Positions 1 through 10,505 are shown, numbered from the stretch's first letter. The stretch is 64,000 nt of DNA from a virus (IMGVR_UViG_3300021400_001148:96001-160000); one strand, 5' to 3'. The notes: generated by a model from the sequence alone, not told the origin. Numbers and translations are program-made.

Positions 1-102
1 TATTATCTCTACTGTAATGTAATTGAGGTTCTCTTCCGGCTCAGTGATTTCCTCTTTTGCGTTTCCTACTAATATCTCTCCAAAGTATATCTTTCCTGTC
101 AT
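1..102 (-). CDS. Putative tail-associated protein, N-terminal part (truncated by window edge)
   Basis: ATG at 102; MTGKIYFGEILV resembles the N-terminus MSKGKIYLGDILV of 518-1717. Confidence 0.55.
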   Translation of the reverse strand, partial: MTGKIYFGEILVGNAKEEITEPEENLNYITVEII

Positions 103-105
103 ATG

Positions 106-528
106 TTATTTCCATTTTTTATTCTTGTAGTCATAATCGGAGAACATAATACCTCCCATAGCATAATCAATATCACTTGCTGACATAGATTCTATTTGTT
201 CAAGACTACGCTTATTGTCCGGGCTGCCGAGTCCAATCTCAGTAAGATTCTTAGCCCGCATAAACTCAAGAATCTTAAGACGCTGCTCATCGGATAAAAC
301 ATAAATCTGCCAGGATTTTGCAACGCGTAACAAGGAATACTTTACATAGCCATACCTCTCAATTACCGAACTTTGATATCCGTGGTCTTGAGCAATCTGA
401 GCCGCAATCTTTTCGTGGTCAGAAGAACCATAGATATAGTCGGAATATCCCCACACCTCTCCATCGGGGGCTATCCATCCAATTTCTGTTTTTGTTATAT
501 CTTTTAATATTTCCATACTATTTTGCAA
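106..528 (-). CDS. Hypothetical protein
   Basis: 140-aa ORF tightly packed in the minus-strand operon. Confidence 0.7.
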   Translation of the reverse strand: MQNSMEILKDITKTEIGWIAPDGEVWGYSDYIYGSSDHEKIAAQIAQDHGYQSSVIERYGYVKYSLLRVAKSWQIYVLSDEQRLKILEFMRAKNLTEIGLGSPDNKRSLEQIESMSASDIDYAMGGIMFSDYDYKNKKWK

Positions 529-1717
529 TATTTTCTCTAAATTTCACATAATCAACCGTCTCTTCGATTGGAATAGTCTGTTCTCCAAGACGCAAGCCAT
601 TATACCACTTTCTATCAATCATACCCTCATATGCATCAAAAGGAACTATTTCCCTCTCTTGCTTGACATATTTCATTGCGGGATACGTTCTTACATCCTG
701 AATCGGGTAAAGATTCGAATACCTGCAAGAAGTAAGAATACCATTAGCATAGAGATTCATATGATAATCGGTAATAAGATTATAGTATTCAACCTCTTCC
801 TGAATAGTTTCTGCGGATACTACTTTCACAATCATTCCGTTTTGCCTGAATGTATGTTTACCAACCATGTCAACAGCATAAGTGAAAGCATTATCTTCTA
901 AACACAGAAGTCTATGGCATTTTCCGTTAGAACCGACAAGATTCAAAATAGTACCATCTGAAAGAGTTATCTTGTGATACTCGTTTGTAACCATTGCTTT
1001 CGATATCCAGAGAGGTTTAGCACTTGCCACCTTGCCGTTATCGAAATCCCATACAAGAAGGTTATCATCATATGTGATATCTTCAACATTTTTCTTTACT
1101 CCATCAGATAGAGTAATTTTTGTTCCCCGGACAAAACATGGGCAATAACCATATTGAATCCAAAAACTATCAAATTCGTATGAGCCATCTTGAAAATGCC
1201 AACCGATATGAATATATCTCAAAGAATTACTCCATGAGGCAACAGCGCTCCCACCAAACTCACACCCATATGTTTTTCCATCAGTGAGGAAATCAAATAT
1301 GGTTCGATTAACCACAATATTCTTGGTCTCAACCTCAGTAATAAAAGGATTTGCTATTTGAGTTGTGCTTGTTTGCGTTGAACTATACCTAAAAGTATTA
1401 TAGGGCGAGTTTTCATTACATATAGCCTCTATACCTACACATAGGAAAGTAGCCCCAATTGGTTCTTCACTAAACTGATAAGTATGTGTGAACGATGGAT
1501 GATTTGTATCATACCCTGTAAAATCAGTAGCAACAATAATCCTTCCGTTTAGTTTGTTTAGCACCTTACTGCTACCCCCACCACCTCCACCACTTACATT
1601 CACCACAGCCTGTTCATACTCGCTGACATCGTGAGTTCCGTTCTCGGTAATGGTTACGCTACCTTCACTTGGCTTAGACACCAAGATATCACCTAAATAT
1701 ATTTTTCCTTTACTCAT
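518..1717 (-). CDS. Tail-fibre-like protein with C-terminal Hint (intein/Hedgehog-like) domain
   Basis: CFVRGTKITLSDG..KNVEDI (Hint block A) and YYNLITDYHMNLYANGILTSC (block F/G-like); Gly linker near the N-terminus. Confidence 0.75.
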   Translation of the reverse strand: MSKGKIYLGDILVSKPSEGSVTITENGTHDVSEYEQAVVNVSGGGGGGSSKVLNKLNGRIIVATDFTGYDTNHPSFTHTYQFSEEPIGATFLCVGIEAICNENSPYNTFRYSSTQTSTTQIANPFITEVETKNIVVNRTIFDFLTDGKTYGCEFGGSAVASWSNSLRYIHIGWHFQDGSYEFDSFWIQYGYCPCFVRGTKITLSDGVKKNVEDITYDDNLLVWDFDNGKVASAKPLWISKAMVTNEYHKITLSDGTILNLVGSNGKCHRLLCLEDNAFTYAVDMVGKHTFRQNGMIVKVVSAETIQEEVEYYNLITDYHMNLYANGILTSCRYSNLYPIQDVRTYPAMKYVKQEREIVPFDAYEGMIDRKWYNGLRLGEQTIPIEETVDYVKFRENIAK

Positions 1718-1826
1718 TATTGTATCTCCTGTTCCGTGTTATATCCATAATTAATCCCGTGTTTTTTCCTATAAGAATATTTCCGAAATATGCTTTTTCT
1801 AATGTACTCATTGTTACTTTACTTGA

Positions 1827-2426
1827 TTAATCCTCTGTTAAATAGAATGTTATTAAATCTGAAGAATTTACAGTGAAATAGCTTGACATAACGCTTTCTG
1901 CATTAAGAATAGGTAAACTCTTTGATTGCACAGTTATCGTTTGGCTCGATATTTTAGAACCAGTTTTGCTAATAACTATGTCTATCACACTATTGTTATA
2001 ACTAAAATAGTAAGACGTGGGTTCACCCTGCCCTAAAATATTACTTAGAAAATCATAAACACCTTCAATTGTTGCAGTGTAAGTGCCAGAAGCGCTCGTT
2101 CCAGCCGAGTTAACAACACATGCTACGTTCTCATACCATCCAACGATAGGGTCATCTTGTGTACCTGTACCGGTAAGTGGAAAAGGGTTTGGTTTAACTA
2201 TATATAAAGTAGTAGCATCCTTCGTGGTAAGAGCGGCATATTCACTTTCAGTAAGTGCTACTATAGAACTTACGCCATGTGAAGTAAAAGCGTTTATTTT
2301 ATTTAACAAAGATTGTATAACTTCATGAAGTGGGCTAGATGAGTCAGGATTATTTCCAGTATAATCACCGACGCCCTTAATATATACATCACCATTGAAT
2401 CCCTGATTTCCTGTTAATTTACTCAT
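1827..2426 (-). CDS. Putative tail fibre/adaptor protein
   Basis: IVALTESEYAALTTKDATTLYIV motif typical of phage tail-fibre segments; NGDVYIKGVGDY matches the module ends of 4600-10323. Confidence 0.6.
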   Translation of the reverse strand: MSKLTGNQGFNGDVYIKGVGDYTGNNPDSSSPLHEVIQSLLNKINAFTSHGVSSIVALTESEYAALTTKDATTLYIVKPNPFPLTGTGTQDDPIVGWYENVACVVNSAGTSASGTYTATIEGVYDFLSNILGQGEPTSYYFSYNNSVIDIVISKTGSKISSQTITVQSKSLPILNAESVMSSYFTVNSSDLITFYLTED

Positions 2427-2432
2427 ATCTTA

Positions 2433-2612
2433 TTACACGTTTTTTTCTTTTTCCTTATTATCTTCAGGGTTGGGATTGTCTACTTCTTCATAGTTTTCAA
2501 TGCTGTCGGCATCTCCCAAATCCAAGCCATTGCCCATAATGAAACCATCTGCCTTGCGACGGAATACTTTTCCCTCATTACAGTAATATTGTCTGTTGTT
2601 TTCTGTTTTCAT
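2433..2612 (-). CDS. Small acidic protein (59 aa), possible fibre chaperone
   Basis: Read manually: MKTENNRQYYCNEGKVFRRKADGF...; fills the gap between fibre genes. Confidence 0.55.
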   Translation of the reverse strand: MKTENNRQYYCNEGKVFRRKADGFIMGNGLDLGDADSIENYEEVDNPNPEDNKEKEKNV

Positions 2613-2642
2613 ATCTTTTGAATGTTCTATTTCCCTTTATGG

Positions 2643-4157
2643 CTAGATGTTTATTATCTGACTGTCTGCTGGCTGATAGGTAACACTTGCTGTTGCACCA
2701 ATCTGAGGAGTGATGTCTATCTGTAATCTATTACTTGAAGATGTTCCCTTCACACCCAAGCCAATCTTAATGTTTCTACAATAGTTTGTACTACTTGTTG
2801 TTCCTGTGCAGTAGGCATTAACATTTTGAACGCCATTTTCAACAATGAGATATTCTATGTAACCCTTTGTTTGTGCTGATGTTGTGGCACCCGTTGCATT
2901 GCCAGTGATGAACCATTGAACAGATTCACCGAAGGTGCTGGAGTGGCAATGGTCCCCAAAGGTGTTGGAGACGCAGCTGTTTCCAAAGGTGTTGTAGTAG
3001 CAGAAGTACCCAAAGGTATTACCGTTGCAGTTTGCCCCAAAGGTGTTGGATAAGCATCTGCTCGCAAAAGTGTTGGTGCTGCATCTGTTTCCAAAAGCGT
3101 TGGACTGGCAGTCGTTTCCAAAAGTGTTGGACTGGCAGTCGTTTCCAAAAGTGTTGGAGTGGCAGCCGTTTCCAAAAGTGTTGGAGTGGCAGCTGTTTCT
3201 AAAAGTGTTGGAGTTGCAGCTGTTTCCAAAAGTGTTGGAGTAGCAGAAGTGCCCAAAGGTATTACTGTTGCAGTTTGTCCCAAAGGTGTTGGAGACGCAG
3301 TTGTTTCCAAAGGTGTTGTAGTAACAACTGTGTCCAAAGGTGTTGGAGTAGCAACCACTTTCAAGCCTATTCGCATAGCATCCATAAAATGCACCATCTC
3401 TAAATTCATATGTTGATATAAAGCAGTTATTACTCAAAGCAAATGTAAATGATGACGGACTGTCAGGGTACAACTCATAAGGACTAAAACTTTCAATCTT
3501 ATTATCAAAAACACCATTATACTGACCTTCATCATTCGGCAATGCCTGTCCAACGATTGAAAGGTCTTCTATTTCATCATGCGCATTTATCCAAGTAAAT
3601 GTATAATACCAATAAGTCGTAGCAGTATCAACAGTGATACCTTTCGCACCATTTATTGAATATTGGCCTACCAAATCCGGTGCTTTCTGACAAGCAGTGA
3701 TTTTATATCTTGGGAACTGAATGTTCTTAAAGTCATAAGGACACTCATTATTCCACTCATCTTTCATATAGTAGATAACGCCACGCCCAGTCGCACCGGT
3801 AACGGCCCAATAAAATCTCTTATCATCATTGTCCAGACTATATTTAATCTCCCAAGCGTTTAGATTTGCACCGGCAGATGAGAAATATGTATCCCCTTCG
3901 TGCAGACAAGCCCTTGCGTTCTCGTTGAGTGTATGGTTATCGTCAGCAACGACAATAATATCAAACTGATGTCCTGCTGACTGAGTATCTTCTTGCACAG
4001 TTGTACAATTATAATCTGTTATACGATACTGCGTGCCCTTTACTAACTTTTTGGAATCTCTGAGGGATACCAACTCACTCCACGTAACGTCTTTTAATAT
4101 AAGTTTTTCAGTCACGCTTTTCAGTGAATCAATAACGAATTGTCTAATTGATGGCAT
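2643..4157 (-). CDS. Cys-rich NTFG-repeat beta-solenoid protein, probable fibre/receptor-binding protein
   Basis: About 13 tandem 11-aa repeats CxSNTFGxx; YRITDY N-terminal motif. Confidence 0.7.
   Translation of the reverse strand: MPSIRQFVIDSLKSVTEKLILKDVTWSELVSLRDSKKLVKGTQYRITDYNCTTVQEDTQSAGHQFDIIVVADDNHTLNENARACLHEGDTYFSSAGANLNAWEIKYSLDNDDKRFYWAVTGATGRGVIYYMKDEWNNECPYDFKNIQFPRYKITACQKAPDLVGQYSINGAKGITVDTATTYWYYTFTWINAHDEIEDLSIVGQALPNDEGQYNGVFDNKIESFSPYELYPDSPSSFTFALSNNCFISTYEFRDGAFYGCYANRLESGCYSNTFGHSCYYNTFGNNCVSNTFGTNCNSNTFGHFCYSNTFGNSCNSNTFRNSCHSNTFGNGCHSNTFGNDCQSNTFGNDCQSNAFGNRCSTNTFASRCLSNTFGANCNGNTFGYFCYYNTFGNSCVSNTFGDHCHSSTFGESVQWFITGNATGATTSAQTKGYIEYLIVENGVQNVNAYCTGTTSSTNYCRNIKIGLGVKGTSSSNRLQIDITPQIGATASVTYQPADSQIINI
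2930..3350 (-). repeat. 33-bp coding tandem repeat
   Basis: Recurring ccaaa(a/g)gtgttgga with 33-nt period. Confidence 0.85.
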
Positions 4158-4588
4158 TATCTTGTCTCCTTATACTTTTTAAACGCTTTTTCTTTTTGTC
4201 CTGCTGTAAGGAAAAAGCCATTATTTTCAATGTAAGATTCATATATTATTTTTTCATATGCATGTTTTTCGTCAATTTCATCGAATTTTCCACTAAACTC
4301 TTTTAAGTCTTCGATTGTAAAGCCGAGGTATTCGACGAACTCCGGTACCAGAAATTTACCCGCCACCATTGGGAGTTTCGAGTTCTTCACATCTTTTTTG
4401 AAATCGTCTTTTGACATGTTTCTAAAAAAGAAAACATCTTTACCATGAAGTCCTCTACATTGGATAGAATTCCCTTTAAACGAGAATGTATCCATGATAC
4501 ATAATTCATCCACATCTTTCGGCTCAAACCCATCCATGCCACCAAAAAACACGCAACTGCCTATTCTAAAAGTTTTAATCGGTTTCAT
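4157..4588 (-). CDS. Hypothetical protein
   Basis: 143-aa ORF whose stop overlaps the next start. Confidence 0.7.
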   Translation of the reverse strand: MKPIKTFRIGSCVFFGGMDGFEPKDVDELCIMDTFSFKGNSIQCRGLHGKDVFFFRNMSKDDFKKDVKNSKLPMVAGKFLVPEFVEYLGFTIEDLKEFSGKFDEIDEKHAYEKIIYESYIENNGFFLTAGQKEKAFKKYKETR

Positions 4589-4599
4589 AACTTTTCATT

Positions 4600-7500
4600 C
4601 TATTCAATCGCAATTATTGTTGAATACTTATTCGAGGGGTCCTCCCCTTCATAGTCACCCACACCTTCACCTTCTATCCACCTTACGACAAATGGACTAT
4701 ATGGTGTATTGATGTTATGTCCATCACATTCAAGAGTATGTGGATACAGGTCTTGGTATGTCATGTCCATTGGTAATAAACCGCCGTACATGTTTGAGCT
4801 ACCATCTGCGTAAAATTTGTATTCCACTCCCTCATATTCCACTGTTACTCCAACATCTTCCCAATATTGGTCGGGGTTATCATTATCTCTCACTGCTTGT
4901 ATGTAGTTATCCATTGTATCAACTCCGGCGTTATGCATTGACATGTACAAGCCATACTCATGGAAATCATCAAAATATATTTTTGCTATCGCAGAAGAAT
5001 GTTCTTGAATTGGTGTGCTTGAGTATTCCAATGTTTTAACGCATATTAACCTATAATCTACGTCAAGGTTATCGGTATATATATCACCCATCTCGTCCGG
5101 ACTACCATTAAATACAACAGCAAAAGGACAATAATGGTTATTCACGTTTGCTTCCATAGAGTTATTGTACAATGTTGTGTAGTCAAGATTTTTCGGTGCC
5201 AAGGCGTATATACTGTTTCGATTTTCGCCAGCGTTAAATCCCACCCACACGCGATATTCCGCGCCTTCATATTCCATAACATTGCAAGTCGGCATAAATA
5301 TATTCGTTCCCACATGGTCGGCGGCACTCATATTGTTGCAAACATCAGAGATATATTCCTGAATATTATTATAGCCAGATTCCTCTGCATATGTATTGCC
5401 ACCTTGTCCATCTTCAAAGTCATCAATATATAACGCGGCTATGTATCCACCACTAGCATCACCTTCGGTTCCTAAAATATAATCTAATTCAGACAATGAT
5501 AAACTTCTTATTTCACTTATATCGGCAAAGATTTTTTGCAAACTGTTATTAGAAGAAGGATTTGTCCCATTGTATCCACCAACCCCATAGAGGTAAGCGT
5601 TACCGTTCTGCATTATTTCAAAGGCGTTTTTGGTATCCGCCGTAGACGTACCAATACCAATAGAATGCTGAGTATTTCCTGAGTGACCGTAATCGAGTGA
5701 AAAAGTGTTGGATTTATTGAAATATCCCTCTGCATGCTCAAAAAGGTTCCGTGTTGTTGTGTTGGCACCTTCCGCATGAGAATAACCTCCGTTTGCTGTT
5801 GTACGATAACCTTCCGCATGAGAACAAGTGGCACTTGCTTTTGTGCGGTCACCTTCTGCATGAGAGGTATACCCGCTCGCCCTTGTGATATTTCCTTCGG
5901 CATGGGAAAAATTACCACTTGCAATTGTGGCGACTCCTTCCGCATGAGAATTCTCACCACTTGCGATTGCGCCATTACCTTCTGCATGAGAGGTATACGC
6001 GCTCGCCCTTGTGTTATTTCCTTCGGCATGGGAAAAATTACCACTTGCGATTGCGCAATAACCTTCTGCATGAGAGGTTGTTCCAGATGCAGTGGTGTCT
6101 TGTCCTTCTGCGTGAGAATACCAACCGAGTGCCTTGACAGACAATCCTTCCGCATGGGAATAATTACCGGCAGCATAATTGGCACTATCTGTGTCCATGG
6201 ATTCAGTATAATATTCAACCCCGGTGCTTAATGTCGCGCCACTCGCATTGAATAATACACCAAATATGTAAGTTTCGTCAACTTGTACTTCGGAGTCACA
6301 AAATACTGCATCAGTTATGACAGCAATTGGATGCTCGTGGTCACTATTTAAGTATACCATTGAACCGTCACGGGGACTATTCCAATCTCCCCAAAAATAA
6401 TATTCGAAAGACCTACCATAATGTTGCTGGATTGCCTGTTTTTCGTTATCGGTAAGTTCGGTTATTTGTGATTCAATGGTACTAATTTCACCGGAGCCTT
6501 CAGCGACCGCAAATTCACCCGACGCGATTGAATTACTTCGGCGCAATACAGCACTATGTTCACCCGTTCCCGCTTCAAATACATTCCCAGTATCCAAATT
6601 TCCAGAACCGAGGATTGAAACCCCATTAACAGTCTTGATATTTGTTCCACTGACGAGAGTATCTTGCTTCCCACTCACGACATTTTGCAATGTATTTGAG
6701 GTGCTTGCTGTTGCATTGGTACCATCATAACCACCGACGCCATATAAGTAAGTGTCACCATTCTGCATTATTTCAAAGGCATTCTTAGTATCAGCAGTTG
6801 ATGCACCAATGCCTATCGAATGTTGCGTGTTACCTGAATCGCCGTAGGTGTTAGAGGATTTATTGGATTTGTTGTAGCGTCCCTCTGCGTGTTCAGCCTC
6901 GTTTTGGGCTGTCGCATGTTCCCCTTCTGCATGAGAGCCGTATCCGGATGCCGTTGTCCCGACTCCTTCTGCATGAGAGCCGTATCCGGATGCCGTTGTC
7001 CCGACTCCTTCTGCATGAGAGCAGTATCCGAATGCCTTTGTCTCGTCTCCTTCTGCATGAGAGCATGTGTTGGATGCTGTCGTGTAACTACCTTCCGCAT
7101 GAGAGGATACCCCAGATGCTGTTGTGTGGTCACCTTCTGCATGAGAACCTGACCCGGATGCTGTCGCATGTTCCCCTTCTGCATGAGAGCCTGACCCGGA
7201 TGCTGTTGTTGCATTGCCTTCCGCATGCGATGCTCTACCAGTGGCGAAAGTTTTTTCACCTTCCGTATGTGATGCGATTGCTTGTGCTAGTGTTGCATTT
7301 CCTTCTGCATGAGCATAAGCACCAACTTTGGTATATGTTCCACCACTTAATGTGTTCTGGCTATCATTTCCACCAGTCTTTGTGTTAAATCCTTCGGTGT
7401 GTGAATCCTGCCCAGTAGCTTGTGTATTTTCACCTTCTGCATGTGCAGCCTGATTTAAGCTCATGGAACCTTGTCCTTCTGCGTGAGAGTAAAAGGCAAC

Positions 7501-10323
7501 AGCTTGTGTGTTATATCCTTCTGCGTGACCTGCTCTTCCTTTAACAAGCGTATACCATCCCTCCGCATGTCCTTGCATAGCTTGAACTTTAACCTGGTAG
7601 CCCTCGGCGTGTCCTTCTTCTTCGAGAACCTCATTTGAAAGTCCTTCCACATGCGAATAATTCCCGGAAGCTACATTTTGTTTTCCTTCAACATGAACAC
7701 CCTTTACGACAATACCATTCTTGGATATTTTATTACGGCAACCCTCCACATGAGAATAAGGGGCTTCTATAATAACGTTTCCTTGACCCTCAACATGTGA
7801 GCCCGTAGACTTTGTGTTGTAAAGTGAACCATCTGATGATGGTGGAACTTTTGTCGTATCACTGCCAAGATAATTGAGAGCACCTTCTATATGTGCATAA
7901 TTGCTTTCAACTGTATTTGTATATCCTTCTGCATGCGATGCGGTTCCAGAAGCCTCGGTTGATTGTCCTTCGGCGTGTGATGCAATTCCTGATGCTGTCG
8001 TTCCCGAACCTTCAGCAACTGAACTAACTCCACTTGCTACCGCACCACTTCCTTTCTGCTGAACACTATTTTCGCCGGAACCCGATTCCCAAAGAGAATC
8101 ATTTTCTAAAGATTTGATAACCTCCTGAACTGTTTTAGATGGTTTTGTTTCATCGGTTTTTAAATTGTTTCCTTCATAATCCCCAATACCATATAGATAG
8201 GCATCGCCATTCTGCATGATTTCGAAAGCATTTTTTCTATTAGCATCATCTCTACCTATACCTACTGAATGTTGCGTATTTCCTGAAGAGCCATAAATGT
8301 CTGAATGCTTGTTGGATATATTGTAGATTCCCTCTGCATGCTCAGTCTCGTTTTGGGCTGTTGTATTATACCCTTCTGTATGAGAGTTGTATCCGGATGC
8401 GGTGGTGTTTTCTCCTTCTGCATGAGAGGTTGTTCCGGATGCTGTTGTATTAAACCCTTCCGCATGAGAGTGGTATCCGGATGCGGTGGTGTTTTCTCCT
8501 TCTGCATGAGAGGTTGTTCCGGATGCTGTTGTGTGGTCACCTTCTGCATGAGAGTGGTATCCGGATGCCGTTGTATTATACCCTTCTGCATGAGAATCAT
8601 CTCCAGTTGCATTTGTTGTATTACCTTCAGCATGAGAGTTGTATCCGGATGCGGTGGTGGAACTACCTTCTGCATGAGAGTGGTATCCGGATGCCGTTGT
8701 ATTATACCCTTCTGCATGAGAATCATCTCCAGTTGCATTTGTTGTATTACCTTCAGCATGACTTGCACTACCTAACGCAGTAGTACCAATGCCTTCACTA
8801 TGTGATGCGTAACCTTTTGAGCCTGAATTTGATGAATAATAATTTACTTGAGAAATTATAAATTCAACATTCGCAGTCTTTTTATTCCCAATTCCTAATT
8901 TTTCAGATAATTGAAACCATTTTGAACCACCAGTGTATACAGCTGTTACTGTTATTCCTCTATCCGAAACATCAACCCCATTTAATTTGTATAGCATACA
9001 GCCTACTGAATAGACATCCGCAGCTGATGTACCTTCAGTTGTTTGATACAATCTAGTTTCCGTTGCAGCGGCTTTTATTGTGTCACTAATTGGTTGACCT
9101 GTTACTATAATTTTATAGCCAATCCCTTCAGCATGAGAATACCTACCTTCTGCTCTGGTATAACCTCCCTCTGCGTGCGAACCAACTCCCTGCGCAACAG
9201 TTTCAACTCCTTCAGAGTGAGATGATGCACCCTTTGCAGAATTGCTAAATCTACATTTTACATTAACGAATTCGTCCCCTTCTGTATCATTTGGAATATA
9301 ATCAGATAGATTAAGGTAGGTAGATATGCCATCTTCAGCTTCAATATTCTCAATATAAATAATTTTATCAAAATCTACAGTAGATGCACCAATGTTCAAA
9401 TGGCACAAATCGCCTGCATTTTGAACAAGAATGTATCTAGCAGATTCTCTATCAATTCGACGTAATGTTACCAATACTTCAGATTCGTGTTCATAGCCTC
9501 CCTCTTTATGAGAGCCATATCCTGTAGCAGAACCGCCTCTACCTTCGGAATGTGCAGCAGTTCCTACTGAGTAAGTACTATACCCTTCAGCATGTGCACC
9601 ATTACCATTAACTTTAGTTTGAAAACCTTCTGAATGAGCACCCTCTCCTTTCTCTACTTTGGTATAATATCCTTCAGAATGAGAAGAATTACCGGCGGCG
9701 ATTGCCCCAATACCCTCCGAGTGACTTCCGGAACCTTCTGACTTTGTTCCAAGACCTTCCGCATGAGCCCCACGGCCTGATGCCTCTGTATAAATAATAG
9801 TCTGTTCTCCTGTTTCTTTCCAATTACTATCATCAGTTACTGCTATAGAACCTTCTGCATGAGCTCCTTGACCTGATGCGTTTGTACCAATACCTTCGGC
9901 ATGTGATTTTTCACCACTTGCTTGAGTCTGTTGAGTATCTATGGTTCTTTCATCATCTTTGCCTTGGTGATATAATATCGAAGTACCACCATTCTCTGCA
10001 TGTGAATCTAAGCCTGATGCTATTGTTTCATGACCTTCGGCAACACTATTATCTCCACCAGCAACTGCCCCGGTTCCTTTTTGCTGAACACTATTTTCAC
10101 CAGAGCCTTTTTCCCAAATATCCTCTCGGGGCCCAAAAGTAACTATTTCATCACTGTCATTTTTAATAAACAAACCCTCCGTTCCTTCGTGGTAGTTCAG
10201 CGCTATTTCACCGTACTCTAAATCTATTGGTTGGGGAATTTTTCCTTCCCCTTCTGAAAGTGTTTCGTTGGAGCGTTTTAGCAATACAGTATATTTTTTT
10301 GCCATAGAATAAATGATTTTCAT
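4600..10323 (-). CDS. Large tail fibre/adhesin with YadA-head-like 14-aa repeats (start may be 10305)
   Basis: Dozens of SHAEGxxTxASGxx repeats in three modules, each ending SGNTQHSxGIG...KNAFEIMQNGxxYLYG. Confidence 0.8.
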   Translation of the reverse strand: MKIIYSMAKKYTVLLKRSNETLSEGEGKIPQPIDLEYGEIALNYHEGTEGLFIKNDSDEIVTFGPREDIWEKGSGENSVQQKGTGAVAGGDNSVAEGHETIASGLDSHAENGGTSILYHQGKDDERTIDTQQTQASGEKSHAEGIGTNASGQGAHAEGSIAVTDDSNWKETGEQTIIYTEASGRGAHAEGLGTKSEGSGSHSEGIGAIAAGNSSHSEGYYTKVEKGEGAHSEGFQTKVNGNGAHAEGYSTYSVGTAAHSEGRGGSATGYGSHKEGGYEHESEVLVTLRRIDRESARYILVQNAGDLCHLNIGASTVDFDKIIYIENIEAEDGISTYLNLSDYIPNDTEGDEFVNVKCRFSNSAKGASSHSEGVETVAQGVGSHAEGGYTRAEGRYSHAEGIGYKIIVTGQPISDTIKAAATETRLYQTTEGTSAADVYSVGCMLYKLNGVDVSDRGITVTAVYTGGSKWFQLSEKLGIGNKKTANVEFIISQVNYYSSNSGSKGYASHSEGIGTTALGSASHAEGNTTNATGDDSHAEGYNTTASGYHSHAEGSSTTASGYNSHAEGNTTNATGDDSHAEGYNTTASGYHSHAEGDHTTASGTTSHAEGENTTASGYHSHAEGFNTTASGTTSHAEGENTTASGYNSHTEGYNTTAQNETEHAEGIYNISNKHSDIYGSSGNTQHSVGIGRDDANRKNAFEIMQNGDAYLYGIGDYEGNNLKTDETKPSKTVQEVIKSLENDSLWESGSGENSVQQKGSGAVASGVSSVAEGSGTTASGIASHAEGQSTEASGTASHAEGYTNTVESNYAHIEGALNYLGSDTTKVPPSSDGSLYNTKSTGSHVEGQGNVIIEAPYSHVEGCRNKISKNGIVVKGVHVEGKQNVASGNYSHVEGLSNEVLEEEGHAEGYQVKVQAMQGHAEGWYTLVKGRAGHAEGYNTQAVAFYSHAEGQGSMSLNQAAHAEGENTQATGQDSHTEGFNTKTGGNDSQNTLSGGTYTKVGAYAHAEGNATLAQAIASHTEGEKTFATGRASHAEGNATTASGSGSHAEGEHATASGSGSHAEGDHTTASGVSSHAEGSYTTASNTCSHAEGDETKAFGYCSHAEGVGTTASGYGSHAEGVGTTASGYGSHAEGEHATAQNEAEHAEGRYNKSNKSSNTYGDSGNTQHSIGIGASTADTKNAFEIMQNGDTYLYGVGGYDGTNATASTSNTLQNVVSGKQDTLVSGTNIKTVNGVSILGSGNLDTGNVFEAGTGEHSAVLRRSNSIASGEFAVAEGSGEISTIESQITELTDNEKQAIQQHYGRSFEYYFWGDWNSPRDGSMVYLNSDHEHPIAVITDAVFCDSEVQVDETYIFGVLFNASGATLSTGVEYYTESMDTDSANYAAGNYSHAEGLSVKALGWYSHAEGQDTTASGTTSHAEGYCAIASGNFSHAEGNNTRASAYTSHAEGNGAIASGENSHAEGVATIASGNFSHAEGNITRASGYTSHAEGDRTKASATCSHAEGYRTTANGGYSHAEGANTTTRNLFEHAEGYFNKSNTFSLDYGHSGNTQHSIGIGTSTADTKNAFEIMQNGNAYLYGVGGYNGTNPSSNNSLQKIFADISEIRSLSLSELDYILGTEGDASGGYIAALYIDDFEDGQGGNTYAEESGYNNIQEYISDVCNNMSAADHVGTNIFMPTCNVMEYEGAEYRVWVGFNAGENRNSIYALAPKNLDYTTLYNNSMEANVNNHYCPFAVVFNGSPDEMGDIYTDNLDVDYRLICVKTLEYSSTPIQEHSSAIAKIYFDDFHEYGLYMSMHNAGVDTMDNYIQAVRDNDNPDQYWEDVGVTVEYEGVEYKFYADGSSNMYGGLLPMDMTYQDLYPHTLECDGHNINTPYSPFVVRWIEGEGVGDYEGEDPSNKYSTIIAIE

Positions 10324-10360
10324 ATAAATATCTGCTGAAAAAAAATTCTCGCATCTTCAT

Positions 10361-10505
10361 TTGACATACTCCCACGAATGAATTCGTGGGATTCTTAAGG
10401 TTTTACAAACACCGCGGCCCGATTTATTTTGTCCCCTAGTTTGTCGATGCCCCGACGAAGTATATTTCTGGCGGCATTCAGGTCCCTGCCGTGGGACTTC
10501 CCAGA
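10361..10505 (-). mobile_element. IS200/IS605-family right-end remnant: tnpB 3' fragment plus terminal hairpin
   Basis: Minus frame reads SGKSHGRDLNAARNILRRGI (TnpB C-terminal RuvC-III motif), then hairpin TCCCACGAAT-TC-ATTCGTGGGA and terminal TCAA. Confidence 0.75.

Noticed and set aside
5613-8783. Alternative-frame and antisense repeat ORFs over the adhesin (likewise over the NTFG gene at 2855-3416)
   Set aside because: Shadows of the repetitive coding frame.
2643-10323. Diversity-generating retroelement acting on fibre genes
   Set aside because: No reverse transcriptase, and no template/variable repeat pair differing only at adenines.
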